Assembly (NCBI GenBank): GCA_047967505.1
Contig: CM106538.1
Origin: Dipteris shenzhenensis
Lineage: Eukaryota
Length of the DNA: 64,000 nucleotides
Strand: one strand, 5' to 3'
The translations under genes were made by a program, and so were the position numbers. Positions within the stretch are counted from its first letter, which is position 1. Every line of letters starts with the position of its first letter. Shown in pieces: positions 13,701 to 27,853 of this stretch. The notes below the pieces were generated by a model that saw only the letters and a program-made list of their open reading frames with translations, searched no databases and was not told where the DNA came from.

Positions 13701-15409
13701 CTATAGAAACCAAAAAGAAAAACAAAGGCTTTATTAAAGGCTGGACATCACAAAAGCAAATAATTTTAACTCAGAAATGGCAGGTGGGGATGCTACCACC
13801 TATTCTTGGGACCACAAGAGGCTATTCTTGGTGAAATTTCAACTACCGGAACTTTTCCAAAAAAGGTTATCACACTTCAGAAACAAAGCTAGAAGATCTA
13901 GCTATTGGCAGTTCTTATTAGGCAGACTCAGCCATGACAAAGGCTAGCACTAAAGGAGAAGGCTAGTTCAAAATCTATTCATTCAAGCTACAACAACTAA
14001 ACTTGAATTTACAAATATCTGATTTAATTTTCATAGGCAGACTCCATTAAATTATTAATAAAACACTAAAATATTCACGAAATAAAAGCAATCTTTAAAA
14101 ATTACATTATTTTCCAAGAACTTTACATAGAGGACAGACTTACAATATCACTCGCAATACAAAGTGGTGAAGCAAAATTGGACCTAGGCTCGACCAGGCA
14201 TGAACTAACATCGTTGGTTCATGAGGCTTGTTTGCCTATCTAATTGCTAATGGATACAACTTAACTCAATCTATAGTAGGAGGTCCAAGTTGACCATCAA
14301 CAACTTCAAAGCTATGTAGAATCCTAGCACCTCTTTTCTAACGTCTAACGAGAATTGCGACCATTTTTTGGTAAAATGTTTGATTAACCTTTTTGTGACT
14401 AAGCTCTTTTGAATCCCAAGTCACCTCAGCTAATTTTGATTTCAGAAACCACGAAACTAGCCTTCCAAACAAGAAAATTGGTTTAGCAAACAAGTACTAT
14501 CACAAATCCGTATTTATCGCTAGGAAGAAAAAGAAAATATTTTATTTCGACTTCAGTCAAAGGTTAGTGGCTCTGGCCAAAGGTTATTGACTTTGGTCAA
14601 AGTGAGTTTACTTTTGTCGACTATAAAAGTTTCTATCTTTTTGATTGAGTTTGCTTAGTTGCATGGTGGGGACGGCCACGGAGGACTAGGATTAGTCCAT
14701 AGAATTAGAATGCATGCACTAGCTAGCCTTTAACGGGTGCAAGTGCTTGGTGGTGTTTTATTTATGTGCAAGTGCTTGGAGAGGGCTAAAATCCCCACAT
14801 TTTAAGGGGAAAAGGCATGCAAACTGAGCGCAAGTGCTGAAAGAAGTTCCACGTTCAAGATTACTATCTTTACCAAGAATTGCCACAATTAGCAATCAGC
14901 TCGCCTCTACTAGGGTGAAGGATGAAATTTGGAGCTGACTGCTCAATTGTAACAATGATTTTTTCTATAGCTTCTTATGTGTGCTCTGCGAGAGTTGACA
15001 GGATGGACACGTGACGGTAATGGAGAGGATGGAGGTCGATGACGGTGACGGTAACGGAGGTTGATGATGGTGATGGGATCAATGGCAGGACTGTTGCGTT
15101 ATTCTTGTTGGCTGCTCATAGTGAGGGGATGGAGACCAACAGGCGGGCAAACGTAGGCCAACAATCAGCACTAAATATTCTGCCATAAAGGGTAGCCCTC
15201 ATACGGCGAACTGCTCGTCATCTGTCCCATAGCCGAATTGGAGCTCTACGATCTATTATCCATCTGTGCCCCAACCGAATTAGAGCTTGCTGGTACGCTC
15301 GTGTTGCTTGAATGGCATGCTCGAGTCAGCTTACAAAGAGCTCTGGCAAATGTTTTGAGGCTCTTTGCATTGTGGCACTGGTCAACCGGTGCGTTGTACG
15401 TTATTATGC

Positions 15410-17341
15410 CTTCAAAGTGAAATGCATCAAAGATTGGCCACAGCCACAAAATCCCACCGAATTGAGGGGATTTTTAGATCTTGCTTCCTTCTACAGACAC
15501 TTTATTCGCAAATTTGCCAAGAGGGCAGCTCCTCTTACTGACCTCTTGAAGAAGGATGCTTTTGGGTGGTCAAAGGAAGCACAATGCAGCTTTGAAGACC
15601 TGAAATTTTTGCTCACTGATGCACCTGTCTTGGTATGCCCTAATTTTTCACATCCTTTCATTGTTGAGGCAAACGCCAGTGGCAAAGGATTGGGGGCTGT
15701 TCTGAGGAAACAACACGGGGTAATAGCCTTTGAAAGCAGGAAGTTTAATGCCAGAGAACTAAATTTCCATGTTTATGATCAGGAGATGCTAGCTATCTTG
15801 CATGCTTTCAAGAAATGAGTACAGAAAAGGGAAGGAAAATGTGGTTGCAGATGCCTTGTCCAGGATGTGGGCTTGCAATTTGTCTGCTATCTCTACCATA
15901 TTTCAGGAGTGGATTCATGGCATTCAAGAAGAGTATATGCAGAATTCTAAAGCAGCTCCCATATTTTCAGATATGTAGAAGCCTTCCAATCAGGGTCATC
16001 CGTATTTCAAATTGCATAATGGGCTGTTGTGGTGCCAAGACAAGATTTATTTAGTGCCAGACTCAAAATACCGCCTGCTGGCATGGCTGGACAAGCAGGT
16101 ATCACTAAAACATATGAAAGAATCAAGCAGAGCTTTACCTGGGAAGGCATGTGGAGAGATGTGGTTAAATACTTGGCTGAATGCTTGCCTTGCCAACAGA
16201 ATAAAGTGGACAGCAAGTTACCCGCAGGCCTCTTGCAGCCATTACCCATTCCAGAGAGCAAATGGATGCACATAGCAATGGATTTCATCACAGGATTGCC
16301 TTCTACAGAGAGGAAATGGGACAGCATCTTTGTTGTGGTGGATAGAATGACAAAACAGGCCCATTTCATACCCACTATACCGGTATTCAATATCGCAGGT
16401 TGCTTGGCAATTCATTGAACATGTCTTTAAGCATCATGGTTTCCCTTGGGAAATTATTAGTGACAGAGATGCAAAGTTTATGGGTCACTTTTGGCAGGAG
16501 ATATTAACAACAGTGGGTATTTACTCACACCTAGCACTACTTACAATTCTGAAACTGATGGACAATCAGAAAGGGTGAACAAATGGGTGGAGGAATATTT
16601 GAGGCATTTTTGTCATGATACTCAAAAGTCTTGGGATAAATGGTTGTCACTTGCTGAATTTTGCTACAACAGTACCAAGCATCTCTCCATTAGCATGAGT
16701 CCGTTTGAGGCAATGTATGGATGCAAGGTCTGGATGCCTTCTTCAATTGGTGACAAGCTGCGAAAAATTAGCAAGCACGGTATGACTTGGAGAGGATGGA
16801 TGCCCTTCTACAATTGGCAAAAAGGAATATGCAGGATGCCCAAGCCAAGCAAAAGAAATATGCGGATGAACGCAAGAGATATTTGTCTTTCAAAGAGGGA
16901 GATTATGTGTATTTGCATCTCCATAAGAACCGTTATGCCTCGTTGAAAGGTAATACCAACACAAAGCTTGCTCATCGCAAGGTTGGAGAGGTAGCATATC
17001 AGTTGGAGCTACCCAGCACCTCCAAGATCCATGATGTTTTCCATGTATCTTTGCTGAAACCACATGTTGGACAGCATGTCCATGTTCTTCCAGAGTTAAC
17101 ACCTATGGATGAAGAGGGCCACATCCTCTATGTCCCGTGGGTTTCAGAGACCATGTACTCCAGAACAAGGCCTACGTAGAGTATCTTATCAAGTTGGCGG
17201 GGACTCCCTAGGATGAAAATTCATGGCAGCCAAAAAGCATTGTCCAGGACCACCCCTATCTCCTACCGGATTGATTAGTAGTTGTTGTTTGCTGCACTTT
17301 TGGAAAGCCATGCTGGGCAAAATTCTATGGGAAGGGATGGC
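15410..17341 (+). mobile_element. Gypsy pol 3' fragment (RT end, RNase H, integrase, chromodomain) with PPT; LTR begins at 17342
   Basis: WPQPQNPTELRGFL, VEANASGKGLGAVL, GLLQPLPIP...MDFITGLP, TDGQSERVN, IHDVFHVSLLK, EYLIK; gggaagggatggc then tgtaat. Confidence 0.88.
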
Positions 17342-18300
17342 TGTAATGAAGGGCAACAAGGGGCCAAGTTAGAGGTCCTTTAGGTGGAAGGACTATATAA
17401 GCCTCCATCCACTCCCTACTATGTACTTTTGGACGTGACATCTAATCCTATCTACTACCTCCTTCCTCCTACGTGTTGCCTACTCTCTCTCTCTCTCTAC
17501 CCCTTTCCTCTCCCTCTTCCTCTCTCTCTCTCTCTCCCCCTTCTGCTCCTCTATCCCTCTTTCTCCAAATCTGTCCCTACCCCTTTTCTACAGAACCAAT
17601 CCCTAATTCCCAAACGTAGGAAACGCATACGAAGGACTCTCAATAGTAGATCGAGTTCATCTTCCTTCTTCTTCTTCTTCTTCTTCTTCATCTTCACAAA
17701 ACAGGCATCGAGGTAGAAGCAAAGATTCGAGAACATTCCAGGATTAAGAAATTCAAAGAGGAAGGTAAATCTGTTTGATTTGTTAATTATGACGAGGAAG
17801 GCCACACAATCTATACACAAATTTGATGTGGTTTTAAGAAAGGAGAATTATCAAGAATCATCTAAACTTCAAATAGTGAGCTTGCATCTTACAGGTACAG
17901 CCAGAGCCTGGTGAAGTGACAAACTGCTAGATGGGACTCTTCCCAAGACCTGGGAGAAATTTAAAAAAATGTCTATCGGCAATTTCTCACGAAATAATTT
18001 GTGGATGAGGTTCATATTGCATGGGATGGCATTCACATGAAGTAGGGAGAAACGGTGGAGTCCTTCAATCAAAGGTTTTGGGATGCATATTTGCAGGTGG
18101 CCTTGTTTCACGAAACTCTAGTAAAAAAGACAGGGAATACATCTAACAAGAAGGATGAAAAGAATGCTCCATTGGATACGTTGTTGCTCAGATAAGAATC
18201 TTGTCTAGAATGTTTTGAAGTTCATTTTGCTCTAGCCTATCTATTATCAAAAGGTTTTATCTTTTTCTTTCTCTAAGTTTACTGTCCTTGCAAAAAAACA

Positions 18301-18755
18301 TTTATGATAGAGCCCTACTCTCTTCAGGATGTACCACTTACTTCCTTCAGAGCTTCTCATGCTTCAGTGGACACCTCTTGGGAGATTTTGGTTAGCATTT
18401 CCTCTTGGCACATTTGGAGAGCCAGATGTACAAAGGCATTGGATGGCTCACAGATACACCCATCACAGGGGTTTACGGGTATTTGGACTGACATGGTTCA
18501 CACGTTGATAGCCACTTGGGCTAGCATGCAGGGCCCTTCACGGGCAGCCTCTTCTAGGAGGACTGTTTTTCTTTGAGTTTGGAGGGGTTCTCCCTTTTTC
18601 TTGGAGGGTTCTACTGGATTGAGATGGCACTATCAGCCACAATCCTTTCTTTTTGGCTCTTGAGCTTTTCATGCATTGCATGGTGTATCCCGTATGGAGC
18701 TTGCTCTAACGGTTTTCTTTAATACTTACTAGAAGTCTCTTTTTTCCAAAAAAAA
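18301..18755 (+). mobile_element. 5'-truncated L1-type LINE 3' end
   Basis: WHIWRARC motif typical of plant L1 ORF2 C-termini; A-tail at ~18748; aaaaaaaca on both sides (possible TSD). Confidence 0.6.
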
Positions 18756-20049
18756 ACAACAGCAGGTAGAGCATGTGGTGTAGGAGCTTGAGGATTGGGT
18801 CGTGGTGCCGCATTGTTTGTCTATAACAATTGGACTAGAAGGGGACCATCGAGGAGGCCATCCTCTATGGGAGTCTAGAGGGGTCTCCCTTCTCTAACTT
18901 ACCTTATGAATAAGTACTCGGTTCTTGCTTTAGCGGAGCCCAGTTGGCTCACACTGGGTTTACCTTTTACCTTTGTTACCATGGGTTTACGATTGACGAC
19001 CTGGAAATAAAACATCATGTTCCCAACTTTGTGTCACTTTGCACTTCCCCATGGCTGCAAATGCTCCCTTATGTTCCTATTTTTGTGATCACCTTTTTGG
19101 GTGGAATATGTAGCAAGCGCGGTGAGGATGTGAGGAGGAGAGTTTGCGGGGGGAGACGAAAGGCCAAGGACCTGATAGGACATGGAGTAGCCAAGGGAGC
19201 GTGGCCAACACCCAAGTAGTTTCTTGAGGAGCTTAGTTCCCACTTTGCTCTGATCCGAGATGGATGATCTTATCTCCTTAAACCCCCTTTAGGGCCAAAC
19301 CCTAAGTAGGCTCCTCTAGAGCCTCTCTAGGAAGTTTCAGCACAGTGGCCTCAGGATCCTGTCATTGCTCTCCCTCCCAAATGGATCCTTTTTTTGTTGA
19401 AAAGTTATCGATGAACAATGGATTTAATTTATCAAATCACTGATTTGGATTGAGGATTATTCAAAGGTCAAAAGAGTGGTAGTTAGACCTTAGGTCTTAG
19501 GTTAGTCCACTCATGCTATTATGTCATTGGTTGGTCGTTAGAGATTTTAAGGGGCCACATGATGTGGCATACCCCCACATATATTCAATCAAGGATGATA
19601 GCCAAAGTTATTAGAAGGCTTGCTGAAGTTATTCCGAGCATTGTGAATGGTCACAAGGGCATCCAAGCTTTTTCATCGAGTATTTTCTCTTAGCCTTGCC
19701 ATTGAAGGTTGATCAATATGCATTGTAAGATCCCCCCCCCCCCCTTTGTGTAATCTCTCACCTCTATTATCCTCACACTGTTATGATAGCTAGGAGATCC
19801 TCACTCTAAGAGAAGAGCACGTGTTGCTAGGAAGTGATTCAGGTTTGAAGGAAAGCATCATGATCAATTCCTGAAGACTTTGAAGTTTGAATAGAGGTAA
19901 GGACTTAGGCCTTATTCTATTTGGTACTTGTTTAGTTGTGCTTTATTTGAAAATGCATTAATCATGTTTCATTATCATTTGGTTAACACATGTCATGCAC
20001 ATAGTCTGTGTGATATGCCAACAAGGCACAATAAGTCAAACCAGTGAGT

Positions 20050-20540
20050 GTCTCCCTTTCAGAAAATGCCAAGTTGGATGGAAGCAACCATGGCATCCAA
20101 AAATTTAAGCTTGAGAGTATTCTCAAAGCTAAAAAATTATGGGGTAGAATGGACGGGACGTAAAACTTTCAAGGGAGAATTTCGAAAGTGATGATTATAA
20201 GAGCGAACATGCTCATAGTCTCGTGAACTTGAACATTAAAGTAATATTGTCCATGTAGGTAGGAATTTAAAAATCCCAACTAATAGTTTGGAAGATACTG
20301 CTTAGTACATATGAGAATGCCAGTACTTCAAAGGCTCTAGTCATTAAGCATGCTTAGAATGCGAGAGGATCAAAATGTTAATGATCATTTAAATGAACTC
20401 CAGAACCTGCTAGACCTACTGTCAGTGCATGGTTAAAGATGTCTGATGAAAAAGATATCTTCGTCTCATTGGTATTTGAAACTTGTGGGGACAATTTTGT
20501 CACCATTCTCCCTTATGGAGTTAAGCCTCCCACACTAACT
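20050..20540 (+). mobile_element. Degenerate Copia gag fragment
   Basis: KLDGSNH...KFKLESILKAKKLWG, NVNDHLNEL. Confidence 0.55.
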
Positions 20541-20599
20541 CAGCTTAAAGTATCGAGCAAGATAGCCTCCAAATATTCGAGATGATGTGAATTTGATGA

Positions 20600-23500
20600 A
20601 GCATGAAGGATTCAACACTTCACGACCTCACAAAAGTTGCATTTATGCTGAATATGAAGGATTCACTTTCATACCAAAAGGAGAAGAAAGATATCCCCAA
20701 AAAGAGCAGATTTGTGCCAAAACGGAAGGATTTCCAACCATCCCGGTTTGAAAAGAAAGGGTTTCAGCCTCAAAAGCCGAGGGAAAACCAGAACCAGAAA
20801 AGAGCTCACTTTACACTTAAGCAAATCGAGACCTTCCGGAAGAAAGACCTTCTAGAAGGGAGATGTTTTGACGCGAAGAAGGGCATATGGTTGCCCAGTG
20901 ACCCGAAAGGCCTTCGAGTCCAAGGAAGCACGAAAGACCACAAAACCCACCAAGGCCTATGGCGGGAGGTATCCCAAATGTTTTGGGAAGAGTGGTCGAT
21001 TTGCAGGCAAGAGAACTTTGCCTCTTCTGGGGCAAAGTGAGAGACCAGAATGCTATGATTATTTTTGTCCAGGTGCTACATAGAATTTCATTTCTGGGGA
21101 GTTAACTCTATGACTACAGAGGAGCTCCAAAGAGCTTTAGATGCAGATTAGATGTTCCGAGAAAACTTAGTTCCCATTACTCCACTTATTGGAAGACTTC
21201 GCATTCATGTGCGGGAGTATTTAGACGAGGACGACTTTTTTATTTCACCCCTCATGATGTGGTGCTCGGCATATCCTAGTTCTACAAGAAGGAAGTGCAC
21301 CTTAAATCGGTAAATTCTGCATATATGGTTTTTGTTAAAAGAGATAGAGAATGATATGCATGCTGAATATAATTTTTAGTCTCTAGAAAATTTCAGAGAT
21401 TTCTTTTCAGATACCCTTCTAGATGAGCTGCCCCCTAAAAGACCGAAAGATCATACTATTAATTTTTTTTCGGAGAGTGCATTGCTCAACCGCCCACCTT
21501 ATAGGGTCAGTGGGTTGCAAAGGGAGGAAATAATGAGGACCTTTTATGATTCAGCTCACCTTTTTGTTCCCTAGTCTTGTTGGTTCACAAAAAGGATGAT
21601 TCTTTCTGCACATGCGTTGATTATCGTGCATTGAACAAGACAACCATTTAACCAGTTCCCCGTTCCCTGTATTGATGATGTTTTGGACCAACTGAAAGGT
21701 GCTACAGGTTTTAGCAGGATTGCCCCAAAAGGAGGTATCATCAGACCCGCATACATCCACAAGATGTACATAAGACGGCCTTACATACCACTTTTGGGTT
21801 GCATGAACTTTTGGTTATGCCTTTTGGATTGACTAATCCACATGCAACTTTTGATGGGATGATGGATAGAATTTTCAAGTGACCCAGACACTTTTTTTTA
21901 TGATATCATTGTCTTCTCTAAATCAAATGGACGAGCATAGGCAGCATCTAGCCACAAATTTCCGAGGCTTCACAATGATAAACTTTATGTAAATGGTAAG
22001 AAAAATGAATTTTTCTTGGACAAGATTCACTATCTTGGTCATATCATTTTCTAAGGATGGTGTGCAAATGGATCCTGCAAAGATCCAAGCTATACATTAA
22101 TCGCTTGAGCTGAAGTACGCTAGGGTTATGTTCTTATTACAAGAGGTTTATTCGACAATTTGCTGATATTGCAGCGCCACTCCATGATAAAAAAACTGGT
22201 TCCAGGTGGGGTAAAGTCAAAAAACAGCCTTCAATAGTCTTCAAGAGAAGTCGACCACTGAAACTCATTCTTGTCATTCCAGATTTATATAAACTGTTTG
22301 ATGTGCACTGCGATGCATGTGGGGATTGTATTGGGGCTTCTCTACATCAGGAGGGGCATGTGGTGGCCTACGAAATTAGGAGGTTGCAAAATGCTGAAAA
22401 GCCTTTGCAGATTTATAAAAAATAATTGTTCGCTTTATTCATGCTATGACCATCTGGAAGCATTACCTTTTGGACTGGACTTCACGGTCAAGACTGACCA
22501 TCAAAGCCTAAAGTATTTCTTGAGTCAAACCACGCTCTCTCAAAGCACATAAATGGGCAAACTTTTTCTCTATGTTTCATTTTCGGATCATTCATACGAC
22601 AGGAGTGCACAAAAGAGTGCTAAATGCGATATCTCGGGGGACCCCAGTAAATAATGTTACTATTGCTTATCATCATGATCTAGAGCAAAAATGCAGGCAC
22701 AGTATGCATCAAACGCAAACTTTGGAGTGGCATCTAGAATACCATTGATAGGTTTAGCAAGCAAGCACGCTTCATACCTATTTGGAAGACCATTAAGGAT
22801 TATCACATGGCTAAGGTATTATTTGCAACAGACTTTCAAACCATGGTATGCCTAAATCTATAGTCAGTGATAGAGACCAAATAATGACAAATTCCATTGT
22901 TTTAGATATGTTGAAATATTATGTGGCTGACCAGAAGACTGAGTGGGAGAGAGACCTTACGTTGGTGCAGTTTGCTTATGACAATACAGTTCATAGCTCC
23001 AAAGGAAAGGCTCCTTTTGAAGTACTTTATGGTAAGATCATTCAACTATCCATCCTAAGGAGAAAATATGAAATATTTGCCATTGATCAGTATGTCCGAG
23101 ATCTAGAAACAGCTTTTGAGCAGGTCAAGATAGCAATTACTCGATCTCAAGAGAAACAAAAGAAAGTTGCTAGACCTTCAAATTCTTGACTAGGTGCTTC
23201 TTAAGTTTGAGAAGTCAAAAAATGAGGTGTTAGGAAATATCCAAAACTATCCACCAAATATTATGGACATATTACGGACTGTTTCAGGTCCCCGGTGAAA
23301 TCAATGAGCTTGCTTACAAGCTGATTTGCCTGAGCATTGGAAGATTCATAATGCATTTCATGTGGGTCTTCTGAAGAAGTATAAGGGTCCTGAGCCAATT
23401 GAACCAATTTTGGAAGAACCACGAAAAGCGGATCAGTTGGAAGAAATCCTTCAACTAGAATAAATTGTATCATAAAGAAAAGAGATGACCCAAAGGCAAG

Positions 23501-23640
23501 TTTTTCTACCGCTATCTTGTTAAGTTTAAGAATTATTCAGCACTTGACGCCAACTGGGTTGATGAAGAATAATTTATAGAATATCCACATATCCTACAAA
23601 TGTATAATGAAACCTTTCAATTGGGAAAAACTGAATAGAA
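20600..23640 (+). pseudogene. Degenerate Gypsy gag-pol (RT, RNase H, integrase, chromodomain)
   Basis: [49 protein letters not shown]; many frameshifts. Confidence 0.85.
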
Positions 23641-25719
23641 GCCGAGGGGATATCACAAAACCGTATTTATTCCCAAAAATTAAGAAAATATTTTATTTTG
23701 AGGTTAACAACTCTGGTCAAAGAGAATAATTGACTTCGGTCAAAGTGGATTGATTTCTGTCAACTAAAAAAGTTTACTTGAGTTTGCTTAGTGGCATGCT
23801 GGGACGCCCACAGAGAACAAGGATTAGCCCAGAGAATTAGAATGCATGCATTGGCTAACCTTTAACAGGTGCAATGTGTTTAGTGGTGTTTTATTTATGT
23901 GCATGTAGGAAAAAGGCATGCAACCTAGATGTCCAAAGTGCTAAAAGATGTTCAACATTCAAGCTTACTATTTTAAGCAAGAATTGCCACGATTAGCAAT
24001 CCATTCGTCTCTGCTACGGAGAAGGACAAATTTTGGAGCTGATTGCTTAGTAACAGCAATTCTGATGTAGCTTCTTCTATGTGCACCGCGAGAGCTGCTC
24101 TTTGTAACCGACTATTGAAATTCTGAAATAAAAACCTTCGACGAGGGGGAGGGGGGTCTTTTTTCTGGCCCCTAATGTGTGTGTGTTCTTTGTTCTTTCT
24201 CATCTTCTTTCAATGGATTGTATTCCCACAAAAAAATTCGTTGTTATTCCCTCCAAAAGGAAGTGATCAGATACAAGTTTTCTCCTATTTTCTCTCAATT
24301 CGAGTTTTCCCTGGTGTTTATCTGCTGCGAATTGTGCCAGCTGCTACATATTTTGTTCAACCGCTACAATCTGCTTTCATTTGCTGCGTATTGAGAACTT
24401 TGGCTGCAAATCCACTTGAAACTGCTGCGTTAGGGTTTCTAGTCTGATGACAAATTCGTTTTTAGAGTTTCCAGGCTAAGGAATGTGTATCCAAAACTTT
24501 CCGCCAGAGATGGACCATTTCGCGAAGGTCACCAGTGAAATCAATAAGATTGCTTACACCAACGCTCTCTAAATTCGCATTCTTACCGTATGTTCAAGGC
24601 TAAATCTTTTACCCAACCATCAAACCTCAACACCCTTCATTAAATTTCATTAAATTTCTAGGTTGCAGGAAACGTCCAAAAATGTATGAAAACGCCGTTT
24701 CCATACGTTTCCTAGTACCTGGCATTTCCGAAACATGGAAATGCTTGGGAAACGTTTGCATGCAAGGAGCGTTGGAAAAAATCGTATTTATAGGCCTATC
24801 ACATACATGGTTGGTTGCAGGCGACGAATGGAGATATCCAAATCTCTTTGATGGATTGGCGTCGACAAAGCTTCCACAAATCTTCTAATTGCGATACGGG
24901 AGAGCTCAACTAGCGACACTCCGACGCTGGCCTCTCTGCGAGAGCATCCCACCCTGTCCATGGACGAGGATTTGACACCACTACAGATTGAGGAGCGACG
25001 AGTTCTTCTACAACGGCAGGATGTTGCCTGCAGGGAGGGAAAATGGGCCGTGGTCCGAGATGGTAGGTTGTTGACCGACACCCGTCGGGCTCCCACCCGT
25101 ACCTCCTAGGGAGACGGACCCTATGAGACTCAAGTTTTCGAGACCCTAGACTGCACCATTTGAAACTCTAATGGTACCTTATGGTTAGACTTAGGGAACT
25201 TCTCAAAGTCTTATATAGGACGAGACATAGTCTTTTACACGGAGACACACCAGAGCCCTGAGTGTCCACTACCGATAATCAATGACTACACATGGAAGTC
25301 AGCCTCCAGGGATGAGAAGAGGGATACAGGAGGAGTCCGAGGATCAGGTGGGATCGCAGTATTGTACAAGCCTTCTCTTGTTGGAGCCATCTCCATTGAG
25401 GGCAAGGACGCACACTCTCGATTCATGCGAATTCGGATCCGACGCACAGACACCCGTGACCTTTTAATAGCGATATGCTACTTCCCGCCAGACACATCCC
25501 ACTTCGTCAAAGTGGCACGAGAGGAGGGTGAGACATCACCATATGCACCCTTACATCAAGATATCTCGGATCTTTCAACCCACGGGGAAGTTCTCCTCGT
25601 TGGGGACTTCAATGCTAGGATGAGCATGCGTCAGGCACCACTCCTAGACTTCCGAGACGACTCTATTATGCTACCAGACATGGACGTAGATGGAGCAGGA
25701 ATGACCACGACCTCATCGG

Positions 25720-26191
25720 GAAAAAATAATTTCACCGAGACTTGTAGCATCTACTGCCCTTTCGTCGCGGTGCGCAAAAGGGTCCCAATCTGAGACAATG
25801 TACTCTTGCACTTTTCAACTGTGCTACCTGCAGAGATTTGCTCTCAAACTCGAAAAAAAAAGAAAGCAACACTAATCCTCTTACTAGGACACCACGAACT
25901 TGGTTTACTTTCTTAAGCTCCTTACCACGAACCGAGCTCTGATACCATATAAAGAGAGTGGGAGAGAAAGAAGGAGTCTCACTTGCAGCTTTCTTACATA
26001 CACAATGAAGCAATATACACAAATGAGGAAGCTGAAAACAGTTTTCTCTTCTTAGTTCTGAAAGCCAAAAAAAAAAAATAGATGAACCCTATATGTGGGT
26101 CTCAAACCAAACTCAGCTAACTAAGGTGGCATACTAACTGAGCAACTAACTAGAGTACATAAAGATAGCTGTCATCCAGCTATTATTCACA
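25720..26191 (-). mobile_element. Truncated LTR element (5' LTR 25948-26191, PBS 25936-25947, leader)
   Basis: tggtatcagagc on minus next to a 244-bp segment starting TG; LINE sequence resumes at 26192. Confidence 0.6.
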
Positions 26192-26507
26192 GACGGTGTA
26201 CCAACCGCATCTGCAGCTAACAAGTCGGTGACAAATATGTGGAAGGGGAGAGTAGGGAGCACACCCACACACACAAGCAGGATAAGAAACAAGAAGTGTG
26301 GGGATAAAAGGTATGTGTGTACCTCCCCTAGCACACAGTGAAACTTATATATGAAAGGATAAGGTTACAACACTAAGTACAGTGTACTTAGTGTACTTAA
26401 CAAATAAAGTACTAAGTGTACTAACTGTACTTGGGTGGCCATAGAGCCTTTACCCCAACAACCTCCCACTTAAAGGCAATATGCCCTCAAGTAAAAATAA
26501 ATGAGGC

Positions 26508-27825
26508 TCAACCTATACCCATCAACTGTCGGCAATGTGCAAACCGCTCTGCAGGCAAGCCTTTTATCAACAGATCTGCTGGATTATCATCTGTGTGAAT
26601 CTTGACAAGCTGAATCAGCTTATCATCTATCACCTCCCTGATGAAGTGATACTTCACATCAATGTGCTTTGTCTTTGCATGAAAGACAAGATTGTGTGCC
26701 AACTGAATAGCACTCTGACTGTCACAATGCAACAATGGAATATCACCTGTAATGCCCAGATCTCCCACTAGCCGAGATAACCATAAGGCCTCCTTGCATG
26801 CCTCTGTGGCTGCAATATATTCAGCTTCCGTAGTAGACAAGGCTATGCACTGCTGCATCCTTGACATCCATGACACTGCACCTCCAGTGAATGTATAAAC
26901 ATAACCGGTAGTAGACTTCCGGTTATCGGGATGACCAGCAAAATCTGAATCCACATAACCATGCACCTTTGCATCTCACTTGCCAAAGCATATGCACAAC
27001 TCCTGTGTGCCCTTCAGGTATCTCATGATACCTTTCACTGCATTCCAATGCTTCTTGCCTGGATTTGCCATATACCTACTAACCACTCCCACTGCAAACG
27101 CAATATCAGGTCTGGTAGCAACCATGGCATACATGAGACTGCCACAAGCTGAAGCATACGGAATCTTGGCCATTTCAGCCCTATCAGCATCTGAGTGTGG
27201 GCTGTCCATTGCACTGAGTTTCACATACGGAGGCAATGGAGAACTAAGGGTTTTCCCCCCCTCCATATGAAACCTATGCAATACTTTGCCAATATATTCG
27301 GTCTGAGACAAATACAACAAACACTGTCCCCTGTCTCTCCGTATCCGCATTCCCAGTATGTGATTTGCATCACCAAGGTCCTTCATATCAAAGGCCTCAT
27401 GCAATCTTTTCTTAAGGTCATCAAGCTCCTTACGAGCTCTACCAACAATAAGCATGTCATCCACATATAAAATGAGAATGATTAAGCTGCCATTGGCAGC
27501 CCTTTTAGTACATAAGCAGTGATCGTCATCACTTCTCCTGAAACCTTGGGACTTCATGAAGGTATCAAATTTCTTATACCATTCCCTTGGTGCCTGTTTC
27601 AGCCCATAAAGGCTCTTTTTAAGCTTGCATACAAGTGACTCCTTGCCCTTGACTGCAAATCCTTCTCGCTGCTGCATGTAGATCTCCTCATGAAGATCAC
27701 CGTGAAGAAAGGCTGTCTTCACATCCATTTGGCATAATTCCAAATTCTCACATGCAACCAAAGCAAGTACAATCAGTGTGGTCATCTTAACCACTGGAGA
27801 AAAGATCTCATCAAAATCAACACCA
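26508..27825 (-). pseudogene. Copia RT and RNase H, one in-frame stop at 26976-26978
   Basis: QMDVKTAFLHG, SLYGLKQAPR, LYVDDM, TRPDI, GYVDSDFAG, STTEAEY, TKHIDVKYHF. Confidence 0.92.
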
Positions 27826-27853
27826 TACAACCACACCTTCCTTGTGGAATCAT

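Larger units (their letters stand above)
14498..24452 (+). mobile_element. Old chromovirus-type Gypsy element with diverged LTRs (14498-~14998 partial; 23651-24452) and nested debris
   Basis: The two segments align for ~450 bp with many mismatches; purine tract gaagccgagggga precedes 23651; pol remnant upstream. Confidence 0.65.

Noticed and set aside
14498-14503. TA start of the old Gypsy LTRs as a second non-canonical terminus
   Set aside because: The LTRs are strongly diverged, so TG-to-TA decay cannot be excluded, and the TSD is unreadable.
18828-18850. Possible PBS (tggactagaagggg) after the 17342 LTR
   Set aside because: Not a clear tRNA match, and there is no second LTR copy to fix the boundary.
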